Counted from the first letter of the stretch, positions 34,229 through 47,900 are shown. The stretch: 64,000 nt of DNA from Nemertoderma westbladi (GCA_032718475.1 JAUCBJ010007129.1:12028-76027), one strand, 5' to 3'. The notes: generated by a model not told the origin, from the letters alone. Program-made: numbers and translations.

Positions 34229-35403
34229 TGTTCGCGCTTTTAGACCTTTAGCAGTTTAACCTGCCAATTTTAGTTGTCTTCTTGTTTATAAATCGACTTT
34301 AGCCTAGACCAATTATTTTATGTACTGAAGTTATATCTGCCGAAGCCAGTCTGTGCGCGATCATTCACCCACGGTTAAGGGAGACTGGATTCGGGTGCTT
34401 TGACGTTATTGCGGTGTAGACCTACTGTATTATTCGATTGATCGTTACTATATAATCTCTGACAAATATATTTACTTTCGGGGAAATATTAACAGTTCCT
34501 TTAGGACGTGGCGCTTTAAGTATAAAAACAGAGTTATGACTTATACTAATCACAACTAGATGGCTAATGAGTTTTGTAAATAGCGCATTCTTTAGGAGAT
34601 GCTTTATTATCTGTCACACTACTGCACACGACTTTACACTACTGCACACTGATCTGCCGACCGTCACTGAATTTGATCATATATAAAGAAGATCGCAACT
34701 GACACTTGTAGGGATTATGAAATAGCATTTAATTCACACAAAAACCACTATAATTTAAGTCGCAGTTGCTAGCGGTAAACTGTCCTCTTACCTTCAGTAA
34801 TCAAGAAGATTGGGGGTTTTATGATTATTTATCGGTATTCTCCAAATATAACAACATATCCAACAATATACAACAATTAATAACAGACAGTAAGCAGAAG
34901 TAAATAATGCAGTGAAAAGTCACTGCATTTATTTATTGGTTTAGTATGATATGCAGTGTCCAGCAGGTTCATCAGGTTGATATGACAATATGAGAATAGA
35001 TTTACGTTCCGTAATCAAAGCCATCAGATCTTTAGGCAAAGTCTGAAACTTCCACCACAGAAGTAACAGAAGATTTCCAAGCAGTTCTCTTCGCTCAGAA
35101 AGGTAAACAAAGACCGTAATGCATTGCGCGGTTTTACATAGGCCCTTGTCCAACATAAAATGAAAATCGCTCTGATTGGTTGAGCCGAACAAAGAGAGGT
35201 TCCACGTTTACAGTAAATCAGCTGACAGATTTCGTCATCTGAGTTCCAGTCTTTTAGAGTATTAGGCGCATTGTTGGCTTGTTATGTCCGCTAAAGCACC
35301 TACACGGTACATTGCGGAGAAAATGGCTTGTTATGTCCGCTAAAGCACCTACACGGTATATTGCGGAGAAAAATGACTTGTTATGTCCGCAAAAGCTTTT
35401 ACA
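34229..35403 (-). repeat. 3' LTR of B2
   Basis: Near-identical to 53747-54921; PPT GGGAGCGG on the minus strand at 35404-35411. Confidence 0.96.
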
Positions 35404-35481
35404 CCGCTCCCAGAAAATGGGATTTAATTCTATAAAATATAAAAAATCACAGTTTCTAAAATATAAAAATACTCTAAACAG

Positions 35482-38400
35482 TTAGTCCGTCTTACGCGAA
35501 CGGCGTTTACGCAGTTTTTTGAGGCTAGCAAGAGTCCTTTTCTCTTTGGGGCAAGCCACTTTACTAGGAGGGCTATAACTCCTGGGTGAAGGGTGCAATA
35601 CAATTGCATCGGAAGGTTTAGGGTTACGGTCGGTGTATCCGCCGGTCGAGGTACCCGGTTGATTGATATCAACCTCAGCGGAGCGAGGTTGAACAACCCC
35701 CAGAGCGCGTTTCAAGACAGCAGCTCTTACTGGTCCCTGACGAGTCGTCTGCACGAGAGCGGTAGGTGGACCGTGAGTAGTGAGAAATTTCCTCAGTTTG
35801 ATGGTTCTTTCTAACTCGCGTTCTCGGGCTCTATATTCATAGGGTCGTCTATGAACTTCCTGTAGTTCTGGATGCGAGTTGATGAACAAGTCACCATATT
35901 CAGGATCTTGATGGATGAAGTTGATCAAGTTATAGGAATTAAGATCATTGGGATTAATGTTCCTGAGATATTTACGAACAAATTTGGTCGAAATATTCTC
36001 GCCAACACGCTTCATTAGTTCGTAACTCGGTGTGCGAGATTTTTGTTCAACGGACGCGAATAGATACGGGTGAAACGCATAAACTCACTCATAAGCATGT
36101 CCAGGGTAATATCCAGACGTGACTCACAATGTAGATCCGCGTTCGCTTCCCAGGCTCGAATATAGTGTAAGGTAATCATTTCATCTACGCTTTCCAGATC
36201 TCGGTTGAAAGGGCAATCAAAACTTGCATGTCCTTTAAACTGACAATGATGGCATTGAGTCATAAATTGGGGGCAGACTGCAAAAATGTGCAAGTTATTG
36301 AGTCTACAATATGCACAATAGATCTCCATCGTAGGTTGTTCATGGAAGTAGGAACAGGGTACGTTGGAGTCCACCGGGGTGAAATGGTCTCGAGATGCAC
36401 ACAATCGACAACGTTTCCTAGAAACATAATTGGCATGCCGATAATCGTAAGCGGTGAGGCATTGTGGACCTTGATACCATTCCAGGACGTAGTCATTGTC
36501 ACTGCTCCGGGGCGCTGTGGGCTGGATCTCCTCGGATTCTAAGCATATTGGTTCGTCTTCCAATCGCATAGCTGAGGTAGGTGTAGCTGTCTCCTCAAGC
36601 GAACCCAGTGTCTGAACTTCCACGATAGAATAACCCGTGGGGATTCGGGGTCTTTGTATAACAGAGGAATGTAAGTTCTGTATACCAACGTCCTTGAAAA
36701 TGGCGAATCCAGCGCTGTCTAACTTCTCAGCAGCTGAGTCTCTTAGGCTGAGCTTGGTCAGAGCGCGGTCCTTGAACTGACTATCAACGTTACGGAACGG
36801 AGTCAGAAAGCGCCTAAAGCATTCGAAGCGGATGAATTTATTGTGTTCATCTAGCTTGGCGAGTTTGGTTCCAAGTATCAAGGGATGGGTGCGTATAGTA
36901 CGACTGCACACATCGGCTAGCCAACCGGCAAGTGTGGCGTTCTCGAAGATAGTGTATATAGCTAATGAGGGACAAAGGGGAACACTCATGAAGCTATACA
37001 CGACGCCAGGTGTGGTCAATGGTCCATCGAAGTATAATAGAGAATAATGATCTCCATATACTTGTTGATAGTTGATAGGGTTTCCGACTTTGAAATTCCA
37101 TCTGTATTCTTGGAAGGCAAGATGTCCGATGGATGTTCGTTGTACTTTATTGATGCCGCTGGGTGTATTGGCATACATAGTTCGGAAGAAACCTCGGCCT
37201 TCTGCCCAGGGAGCAATCAGCTGGGTGTCTACGAAAGGATATGGGATATTCTCCATATTCCTGAAGTCGTTTTGGAGATCTCCATAAACAGCTGAGCCGA
37301 ATTTAAAGGATTCTTTCGTTAAACAACATCTCGAGCACTGGCTGGGGTAACATCGATCCATCTATACCCATGGCCAGTTTACGCTCAGTATCGGTGACGT
37401 AACGCTGTGCGAGTTCGAATTGTCCATGTCGGAGTTTCTTTTGTATCTCGGTGAGAGTCTCAAAGGAATAATCAATCACATCGGAACACGCTCGAGTAAA
37501 CACGTGAGTAGAACCAGCTAGCCCTCGTATATGTATCATGCGCGACGCGCATGATACATATACGAGGGCTAGCTGGTTCTACCCACGTAGTTCCCAGTTC
37601 TCCAACAGGAATGCTACCTTCGTTATCGTAAGTGACAACTCCATACATTTCGATAACGTTAAGAGTTTCGTTCCACTCTTTAGTGGCGTTTTCTAGGGTC
37701 ATCCCCACCGGATGCCACAAGGTGGCACATTCGCTAGCGTTAGGTAGATCCCTATACTTCAGATATTGTGTAGTATACGTCTCTACATCTCCATATCGTT
37801 GTATTCTCTCTTCCTCGAATAATACGTCGAGATTCCAGTGGACTAATCGAGTTTCAATAAATCCATCGAGATTATACGGAGGCATTATATCCTTCTCTAT
37901 TCTGGAAACATTGTAGGGCTTTCTGAATGAGTTTACTTTCACTAACTGATCCAGATGTTTCTGCAGTTGTTCAAGTTCGACAAGATCGAGGGGATTTATT
38001 AGTGGTAGAAACCTTAGACTATGTGTAGGATCTTCCGGTATTACCATATAATATTGAGTTAGATTGACATAATAAGGGTGGTCTTTGATCCCATAAAACG
38101 AGTTCGGTAAAGGTCTAGCGCGTATGTTGACCTCGCGTACCATACGACGGACAAGATCTGCTCGATTGTCCGGAGGTTCAACGAGTATACCGTCGATACG
38201 AGCGGCCTCGATTGGCGGACGTTGCAACATAGGAGCGTCAGCGATAAGATCACGAGATCTTAGGTTGATATCAACCGGTTGGGGTTGTACCGTGGCGAAG
38301 AGTTTGTCTCCGAAATGGGGAACCATCGAGGGATGACGGATGGTTTTGGAATAGAGATCAGTCATAAGGATTTGAGCTTCAGGTTGGGCTAAAGCTGCTT

Positions 38401-39778
38401 CTTCTCTCTCACCCATTTCGATGTGTTTCTCCTCGAGCTGATTTTCCTCCGCTTGTCATTGGAAGCGTTCATCTAAAAACTCTTGTAGAGAATAGGTTCG
38501 TCCAAGTTCGATGTCTTCCTCGAGGTTTTGGATTTCTCGATCGAACTGGGGTAAGGCCAATTCCTTTACTGCTTGGACTTGCTGCTGCAACTTACGTTTC
38601 TCCAAACAATCATAAGTTCCTTTTCCGATCTTCTGTTGAATAGCGTCTAACGCGTTTCGTACAACGCTCTTCTCGACTTCGGTGACGGGTTGTATCGGGG
38701 TCAAACCGGGACGATTATACGGGTTGAACGGCGAGATTAGATGTCCGCGTCCTAATCCGGCTAGGTAGGATGGGCGAATATCTAGAGAGCCCACTACCGG
38801 AGTGCCACCGATTAATTGTTCGGGTAACACGAGATCTTTGAACAGCGAGTACAGTTCAGGAGGATCCGTTATACTATTACGATCAAGAGTTTGAGGTCTC
38901 ACTAAGGAATGAGGAGGTCTGACTGAGTATTCTGGAACTCTGATCATCGGTTTATTTAAGGATCGTTTGAGTCGAGCGAGCGTAGGTGATACGTCGAACA
39001 AGTTTCGCTCGAAACTCCCGTAAGTATAGCGAGTAAAACTGTGTTTAGCGCAACGTCTCCGCGGATGTTTATGTCTTTCCATTTGCTGGTTGGGTCTAGG
39101 GCATTCATCGCAATAATACCAAAGACGCACGTCCTGTAGGGGAAACGCGGGTGATCATTCTCCAGTTTTACAATATTCCTCCATTTGTTCGAAGCTTTCC
39201 GGGACAACAGGTAGCAGTCGATCGGCGGTAAGATAAATCATAGTGAAATAGAGCCGTTTGAGTTCCATCATAGGGTCATGATGTATACCTTGAGGATATC
39301 GAATTTCTAGATTTTGTTGACTGGCTATATTGAGATATGTTTCTCTCAAGAATTCCAGATATTCGTTGAAGTTACTGCGTTTATCTGGCTCTTCAACGTC
39401 TTCTCTTTCGAGTTGGTTGTGAATAGAATTTTCGTGTTCTATTCTCGGTTTATCGTTCCGACTCCGCTGGGTATGATATTTAAATATAACCATGTCCCTT
39501 TCGGTGTCTACATCGTCCGTATCGTGTAAATCGATAGGATGACCAGTAGTTAAAAAGTCCATATACGTACCATTACAATGCGTATAGCGAGCGATGAATT
39601 TTCTATAGTCTAATTCACGCGTGAGCTGTTACTTTGACATTGGCGGTTCGATATAACGGCCATCGTCTTCCGTAGTGGGTGGACTAGCGTCGCCGCGTAT
39701 TAAACTATCAACAAACGCTTGCAATGGTAGGGTATATCGCTCCCTGATACCAAGATCATCTTCTATCAACTCAGTCAT
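35482..39778 (-). pseudogene. ORF2 of B2 (~1430 codons, disrupted): CxxC..CxxH module, DEDDy-like exonuclease, Cys/His knuckle cluster, basic tail
   Basis: Fragments 39155-39562, 38456-39130 and 37472-38416 share one frame from the ATG at 39778; then 37303-37539, 36015-37361 and 35482-36015. Motifs YDNEG, KFGSAVYGD, FVDT, YTIFE, CRLC..H, CAYC..H..C, CHHCQFKGHASFDC. Confidence 0.88.
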
Positions 39779-41489
39779 AGCTGCTATATGAGTTAATCGA
39801 TATTATAATTAATTATAATTAGGCTAGCGGTCGTCGCTGCCTACCCCTCAATGCCCCCGGACAGCGCAAGCTCCTCAGCGCTAATGTACTGTCGCCGCTG
39901 TGTCTTTCGCCAACGTAGTAGCTACACAACGACAACAATAACCAGCGCGAGTCACTCCACTGTCCGTCCCAAGGGCTCAGAATTACTTCAGGTTCTTGCT
40001 ATAGAGGTAGGGCTACTTTCACAACTGCGACTCGCTACTGCAAACACACTTTAGTAGTAACATTCACCTATAAACGCACAAATTCCACACAACTGTCACA
40101 AATTGTACACATTCGGGCCATTTGTCAGTTAGTCAAGTGCCTTCCAGAATGCCACGTTATTATTATGTATCCCTGGATACTAGCAGTGTGCTATTTATTC
40201 CGTATGCTATTCAATGGGGCAAGCTTTTTATTGTTCTTTTAACTCACTTCTAATTCTAGCGTGGTTGTTGCCATGGTGACATTATGGAAAGCTAGCAGTA
40301 GAATTAGGGTAATTCTCATGCATACAGATCTGGGATGCTATTTAATAGTAATTCTTTAATTGTCAATATTCCCCTTTATACATGATTTTATGAATTTTAT
40401 CGGCCATTGACTATATTATTGGAGATTCTCGCACATTAATATACTTATAGGGTGAATCTCCGCTCCCATGATATATAAATTAATGGAATTTTGGGAATGT
40501 TATAAATTGTATAAAATGACAATTTATCAAATTCATGAGAGGAGATGAATTTAAAATTTATTCCCGTAAATTTTATTATTTAATATTAAAATAGACACAA
40601 TTTTATTCCAGAACATGTCTGGGGACTAGGATCCTTAATTCTAGAAAATTTGTCTTTTTAAGAGTATCGGTAAGTGCTACAAATATCTTAATCGACTAGA
40701 ATTTTAAAGGATCTAAATTTTAACAGATTTTGATTTATAGATTTTCTAGAGTTAACTTGTAAGCATTTACTCTATTATATTTGTTTTAATAGATTTTTAT
40801 AAATATTAAATATTTAATATTTAAGATGGGCACCGATTTATTCCAGAACATGTCTGGGGACGTTAACGACTGATTCTAGAATTTTGTCTTTCAAGTATAT
40901 CGGTGGGTGCCGCGATATCTTAATCGACTAGAATGGCAGATGGTCAAAGGGTTTAACAGATTTATTTTGCGTTTTATGCTACTGTTAAAGGGACATCACG
41001 CTACTATATGTATTATTTAATATACTGTATGAGAGCAATATTGCAAGAAGCAATGTCAGTGAGAAGAGGCAAGTCGTTTCCCAGGTCTACCCAGATCTTG
41101 GTTTAGCCGAGACACGAGGATCTGAACTTTGCATTCCTAATACTCTACTTACCAATAATACTTGAGTATAGTAGGAGCTTTATTGTACTTTAATAAGTAC
41201 GGATATTTCATCTTACTGTAGTCACGTATTTATAATATGATACGGACAGTAAGGAAAGAGAAAAATAATTATTTCTCGCCGTTGCACTAAATATATAATG
41301 TTAAGTAATTAAGTAATAAACACGAATATATATTGCACTAATCTACTGAATAATCGCTAAAATAACATTCCACTAAATAAAATTAAAGAAAACGATTATA
41401 ATAATAAAATTACGTAATAATACATACATAAATATAAAAATAATAAAAATATATAAAATAATATAGTCACACACCCACTCCAGACGCGG

Positions 41490-42650
41490 TTACGTTGGGG
41501 AGTCCCTAGATGTTTGTTGGATTAGGGAGGTGGTCGTGGGAAGAGTGTTTTGTCTTCCATAGTTTCCGGATAGTTCTCTGTCTCTTTCCAGTAAACATAA
41601 ACGACCAACTGGGCGATTGAGTTGCTGTGTTTCGAATACAATTCCAGGTTTCTTAAAGTTACGTCGCATGACGACGAGTTCTACCGATCGCACTAAACCA
41701 TCATCGGATATATGAGTCTCGATGATACGACCTGTCTGCCACCGCTTACGTAGAAGATCTGATTCCACAATAAGGACCATGTCTCCGGCGCTGACGTTTT
41801 CTTGCTGCGCAAACCACTTGGTTCGAAGTTGTAGCGTAGGCAGATAATGTTTTTCGAAATGGTCAGCGAAACGACGGGATAATAACTGCATAAGTTGCCA
41901 AGTTTGTCGGCAGTATTCGTCTCCGTCCATGATTTCCGATCGTGGGAGCATGGCTACAGGTTTCTTCAGTAGGAAATGCGTGGGTGTTAGCGCTTCTAGG
42001 GAGTCGGGACTCGATGAGACTGGCATAAGCGGTCTCTCGTTAAGATAGGCGGCAATTTCTTCCATTAACGTCCGCAAAAGTTCGTCGGTGAGATACGCGC
42101 GGCACGGCACTATAAAGTGAAATGCGGTCTTCACGCTCCTTATTAATCTCTCCCAACTTCCTCCCCACCAAGGGACGTCGGCGGCGTTGAAGGTCCAGCT
42201 AGATGCTGTTACCCTTAGCTGATCGTCCACCTGTCTTTGGTTCCAATCTTTAATGTAAGCCTTGATCTCATTATTGGTGCCAATGAAGTTCGTTCCCTTA
42301 TCAGATCTCATCGTGTTGCTAGTTCCAAAGCGAGCGATCTGTCGGCGTAAACTCAGTATGAAGCTGTTGGTAGATAGATCATTCACCATATCTAGATGGA
42401 TCGCTCTACAAGTCAAACAGACAAAGATGACACACCATTGCTTGACTATAGTCCTAGCACGATAGACTTCAATAGGGCCAAATAAATCCACACCGGTATT
42501 AGTAAAGGGTGGTTCATAGAAGCTTACTCGTTCCCTAGGTAATTCTGCCTCTCGCTGTGTTAAAGGCCTACTGAATGCTTTCCTACAGGGTATACAGTTC
42601 CTAAGAACTTGGTTCAGAGCTCTACGGGGTTTATGGAAATAATAGCGAGT
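41490..42650 (-). CDS. Integrase of B2 (DDE core and C-terminal tail)
   Basis: GVDLFGP, RAIHLD, SDKGTNF, WGGSWERLI, LTPTHFL, YLPTLQ.R.KW. Confidence 0.95.
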   Translation of the reverse strand, partial: TRYYFHKPRRALNQVLRNCIPCRKAFSRPLTQREAELPRERVSFYEPPFTNTGVDLFGPIEVYRARTIVKQWCVIFVCLTCRAIHLDMVNDLSTNSFILSLRRQIARFGTSNTMRSDKGTNFIGTNNEIKAYIKDWNQRQVDDQLRVTASSWTFNAADVPWWGGSWERLIRSVKTAFHFIVPCRAYLTDELLRTLMEEIAAYLNERPLMPVSSSPDSLEALTPTHFLLKKPVAMLPRSEIMDGDEYCRQTWQLMQLLSRRFADHFEKHYLPTLQLRTKWFAQQENVSAGDMVLIVESDLLRKRWQTGRIIETHISDDGLVRSVELVVMRRNFKKPGIVFETQQLNRPVGRLCLLERDRELSGNYGRQNTLPTTTSLIQQTSRDSPT

Positions 42651-44965
42651 TCAAATTTCGCTAAGAACTCGTTCTCTACCAGCATGGTAAAGCCTACTGT
42701 GAACATCTACAATCATCATGATTTGTATTTCAAGATTTCTAATGAGTATGGGAAACTTAATGTCAAAGGATAGTGGAGCATTAGTTAGTCTCCCTCCAAC
42801 ACGTATTAAACCATCTATCATTGTGCTAGAGAAACGATCCCTTAAGCGCGTCTGTGGATTTCTCAACAACAGGAAATACTTATCGGAATCTTCATAGCAT
42901 TGCAGGAGTCTCAGTATCTGCTTATTGGTTTCTTCATGCTCCTGGTAACTGATCTTCTCCTTCAGAAACCTATCCGATACTTTGTATTTGGGAAGATCTT
43001 TAATAGCAAGGACCTGCTCGGATGTCAGTGGAGCGGTATCACTAGCGATCTTCGTCCTGGAGTAGTGATGATGGAAGCATCGCTTCAAATACACGACGGC
43101 CTTACAATGCCGATTCCAGGAGCTATAGTGATTTATCGCTCTCTGCAGGAGAGGTGAGAGTCCCTGCGAGACGTCTGGTGTTCCAGATTTCCAGTCTCTT
43201 TCTCTAATTTCCACAACAGACTTATTTGTGGCGGGGGAGTTTAGATCCACAGCGTTATCCCCGGAAATGTGTAGTACAGACAGATCTATCACGGGTTTAA
43301 ATAACTTTGATTTACTCGTCCGGGTTTTGGGTTTGACTTTCTCCGCTCCCTTGGCTTGTCTAATCTCAGCCGTGGTGAGATGAGGAGGCCATTCATCCTC
43401 TTCTTTACTTAGGAAGTCGGGTCCACCTAACCAGTCTGGAGTATCTATCAGTTCTTGAGGAGTTGCTCCTCTGCAGGCGATGTCGGCTGGATTAATCGTC
43501 CCAGGGCAATGTCTCCATTGATCTACATTAGTGCGACTATGTATAATGGCTACTCTGTTGGTAACGAAGATGCTGAACTGACAGACTTCATTGGTTATAT
43601 ACTCCAAAACGAGTAAAGCATCAGTCCAATAGACAGTTTTCTCCAGTGGATAGTCGATCTGTTCTGTTACATTCCGGCCGATGGCTGTAGCGTATAGAGC
43701 CGCCTTTAACTCCGCTCGAGGAACTCGTAGTTTGTTGTTTATCAAGGCCTTAGAGGTAACCAAGGCAACTTTAATTCCATCCGGAGTTTCAACCCTCAGG
43801 TAGGCTACTATACCTATTCCCATATCGCTGGCGTCTCCAAACACATGGAGTTGATAGGAATACGTGGGGAGAACGTGACCAAAATATGAATGGGAAATCG
43901 TAAAGTTCTCGATGGATGGTAGATAATCTTCCCATTTCATCCACTTCTTTAGTAGTTCTCCCTTAAGTGAATCGTCCCACGAGTGGTTTTCAAGCCACAT
44001 TTGTTGCACTAAACTCCGGGCAACCAATATAACTGGGCTAATAAATCCCAACGGATCGAAATAAGTGCTCAGGATACTTAGACAAATCCGTTTAGTTCTA
44101 ACTGGATTATCTCGCTTTTTTAGCTGGAAAAACAAGATATCTCTCTCCGTGTCCCATTTTAAACCAAGTGTTTTGGTTTCCGGAAGATCATCCTTGATGA
44201 GGTCAAGATCTTTAACACCTCGGTCTTCTACCGGGATCGATTCCAGAAACTCACGGGAGTTACTAGTGAATTTGGTTAGCCGAAATCCACCACGTTGCAA
44301 GCACTCCACCATTCCCTTGGCAACATCAGTGGCTTCTTCCACCGATGGGAGGGACTTTAAATTGTCGTCCATGTATATATCCCCTTTGATGTTGTCGATA
44401 ACTGCTTTAGAGAAGGCATCTCGGTTGTCATCAGCAGTGGTACGCACTACTGAACAAGCGTTCGAGGGGCTCGAGATGACTGGATGGGATGGACTGGACT
44501 GGATGGTCATCCAGTACTCCACCAGTTTTAGGTTGAGATCTCCTTCAGGCCACCACAGAAATCGTAGGCTGTCTCGATCCCTATCCAGCGCCTTAACTTG
44601 TAAGAACATGCCTTCTATATCCGAAGCAAAAGCGATAGAATATTGCCGTAATCTTAAGAGTATTCCCAACAAGGATTGGAGTAAGTTGGGTCCCGGCAAC
44701 AACTCAGAGTTAAGGGATTGGCCCATGTAAAGGGCGGAGCCGTCAAATACTACCCGGACTTCGTTGGGTTTACCGGGTTTGGGAACATAATGATGTGTTA
44801 GATAATACGTTCTCTCAGTTATGGGTGTTTCTTCCAGTACTCGCTCCGCATATCCCTTATCGATGAATTTCTTCAGCTGGGTCTTATACATCTCTTTAGC
44901 TGAAGCATTGGCCGTAAGACGCCGATGTAGTTGTGCGATTCTCTTCTCCGCTAAGGGTCGATTAT
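42651..44965 (-). pseudogene. RT and RNase H of B2
   Basis: VRVVFDGS, DIEGMFLQ, IYMDD, LHVFGDAS, PRAELKAA, WTDA, NPADIACRG; stops and a frameshift at the borders. Confidence 0.95.
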
Positions 44966-47900
44966 TTATAAAGTTGGGTTCTCGCCGTTGGAACGGAAGA
45001 CCAATCTCATATCTACCTTGATCTTTAAGAAAACGGGTAGTCGTTTCCTGAATCTGCTTGGCTCTTTCCTCCTCGACAGATAGGCCTTATCGTAGGAGTT
45101 AGGGTCTACGGCATCTTGAGTAAATAATCTTACGGCGTGTTCATCACGAATCTTATCGTGGTATCGATCTATCACCTCATTTATTTCGTCGTTGTAGTCG
45201 AATTGTCCGCCATGATTGATGAGATGGCACAGGTTCACTTGGTTTCGCCAAGTTTCATTTTGGGTGAGGAGGTCGATTGTATTTTCCTCATCAAACAATT
45301 GGTTAATATCGTCATTATCTGAGGAGTAGGGTGTTCCCTCAGTTGTGGTCTCTCCCTCACTGATTTCTTCTCCCCATTCACTCACCTGATGTACTTGGTC
45401 GTTAGGTAATCTTTCCATGAGTGTTCTACGGGAAGGTCCAGTGAAGTACCAACCTAATCTCGTTTTTCCCACATAGGTTTGTAATGGTTGTGGTCGAGCA
45501 GGCCGTTTTTCCAATTTCTCTAGTGCCTCATGCGCATTTTGGCCGATCAATATCTGTACCCCTGGGTAGTCGGTGTTGAATCTAGGGATATCATGCTGCT
45601 GGGTAAAATCGTCTTCATCCCAGTTGTAAGATTCTACTTGGCTGGTAGCAAAGTTCTTTATCGCCACCATTTTTACTGACCTTATGCTATGTTCTCCTAG
45701 TTCATCCTGGGGAGTGGACAACGCGCCAACATAGTAGTCTGTAGCTACTGTGGATTTCCAAACCTGCATAATTCCTGAAAGGTTCAACTTAGTTTGGAAC
45801 TTGGGTTGTCCAGCAAAGATGTCTTTGGCTAGTTCTTTGTTGATAAATGTTCCTGTGCTGCCGGAGTCCAGGAGGGCGTTTACTATAAAACTCTTACCTG
45901 GCCCATGGACTCTCAGCTGAACTACTGGGAATTCCCGAATTCTGACGTTGGAAGTTGGCGCTGTCCAAGATGATTGTCGGTCCGGAATAGTCGATTGGAC
46001 TTCATTATCGGTTTCAGTCTCATACGTAAGCGCTCGATACACTGCGGTGTTTATCATATAACAGGATTCGTTTTCGTCGGAGAATTCGTCCGTGTAAAAT
46101 CCTTCCATCTCAGAGCTGTGGTCAGTGTCGTTCACATCACTGAATTGGACATGTAGTTCGGACTCACTTACCTGATTCGTGCTGGTTCTTTCAAATTCTG
46201 TGTGCAGCAAGATATGATGTTTCGCGCCGCACTTAGCACACCTCGCGTCGGAGAAACAGGTTCGCCGTTGGTGTCCTTGTCTGAGACAATTATAACACAA
46301 CCGCTTATCCCACATGACATCACGTCTATCCTTTAGGGATTTCTTCAAGAATTCATCACATCCACTTAAACGATGGGGCCCGTCGCACAATGCACATTTG
46401 GGTTTGATGTTACTTACTTTAACTTGTGTGGTGTTCTGCACACTTGTTCTTTCCTCGGGCTTTCTTCCATGAATTCTCTTAGGAGACGTAGGAGGAGTTT
46501 TTGTTACCTGTTCTCTCCTGTCACTGTTTCGAGACTTAGATTTACTTACGTCTTTCGGTGTTTTGTTGACATAGTAAGATCTTTCGGTGTCTTTCCCGCT
46601 GTTCTCCTCGTGGGAGGTTTGGCTTTCGCCGTCGTCTGTACAACACACTGGTGTTACCTTTCTCCTAGAAACGGGTTTTTCACTCACCTTATTTTCCGGT
46701 GTCTTCTCTCGGGACTGCTTTAGGAGCTGTAATCTTACCTCTCCATTTAAGAATGATATGAGATCAGCCATGGTAGGGTCTCTTTGTTGCTGGTCCATCA
46801 TATAGAGCCCTCTTTTGTCCCAACGCGTACCTACTCCACCCTTCGGCAAAGTAGATGCCACAGCTCCAACAACCATAGAACTCTGATGTTCATGAGACTT
46901 ACCTAGCCAATCTAACTGTCTACAGATCTCCTGGATCTCATCGGAAAATTCTATAATCCCATTCTAAAATCCATCTGGATGTCCAATAAACTTTAACGCC
47001 ATTAACTTGGGAGGTCCTTCCAAGCACTCGATGAGGAATCTAAGTTTCTCTCCGTGGGATAGTACGGAACTCTGTATGTTATCTTTATAATATTCATTAA
47101 AAGGTAACCATTTCATCTCATCTCTGTTGAACTTAACGATCTCTCCCACCTTTACCGCTTGACGGGCTTCGGTTCTAGCCATTTGACGTGTAAAACTTTC
47201 TTGGGCCATTGTATTATTTAATATCGAGTTATCGGTATATAAATTTCTCGGATTATGATCAGGTCTATATGGAATATCATTATCAACGGGTTTATAATTA
47301 TCCTTAACAGGGTTTACTATAGGAGTTTCTACTTCACTAGCAGTATAGATGCGCGTAGTCTCCACACCTTGCGCATGAAATACTTCCAAACCACACCTTG
47401 AAACCACAGCATGAAATACTTCAGACCTAACAGGTTGACACATTGTTACAGGGGGTGGTGGTATACCCTTTCGTATATTTACTAACTTATCGCGTTCTAA
47501 CGCGATGCTCTGCTGTACTTCTTGTAACTCTAACCTACCCTCTCTTACTGTTCCCTTTAACTGCTGAACAGTCCCTTCCATCTCTCGGACCTGCTGGGAG
47601 GAACGCAAGCGCTGTTCCTCCAATTGTCCGAGCAGGAGATCCATCCCCCGCCGTCCCTCATCCACCCACTCTACCGCCGAAGCGGGAGCCGCCAACATTG
47701 TAGCGGGTAGACAAGAGATGACGGGCGACAAATCATTGATGTCTCGCTCGGCGTCCAGGACTGGGACTGATTCAGGGGCTATTCTACTGGGCACAGGTAG
47801 TTTAGTACTGTGCAAAGGGAATTTAGAGTTAGGTTCTGGAAGTACAGGGGTCTCTATCACAGAGGGGGTGGCTTCGAGAACAGGCCTAATTATTTCCTGC

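Noticed and set aside
36013-36017. TAATG stop-start overlap as programmed termination-reinitiation
   Set aside because: The downstream peptide (VRKYLRNINP) is homologous to sequence that is contiguous within the single A ORF2, so a frameshift lesion in B2 is the simpler explanation.
44065-44730. Antisense ORFs over RT and gag (e.g. the 221-aa ORF)
   Set aside because: Shadow frames of the coding strand with no independent motifs.
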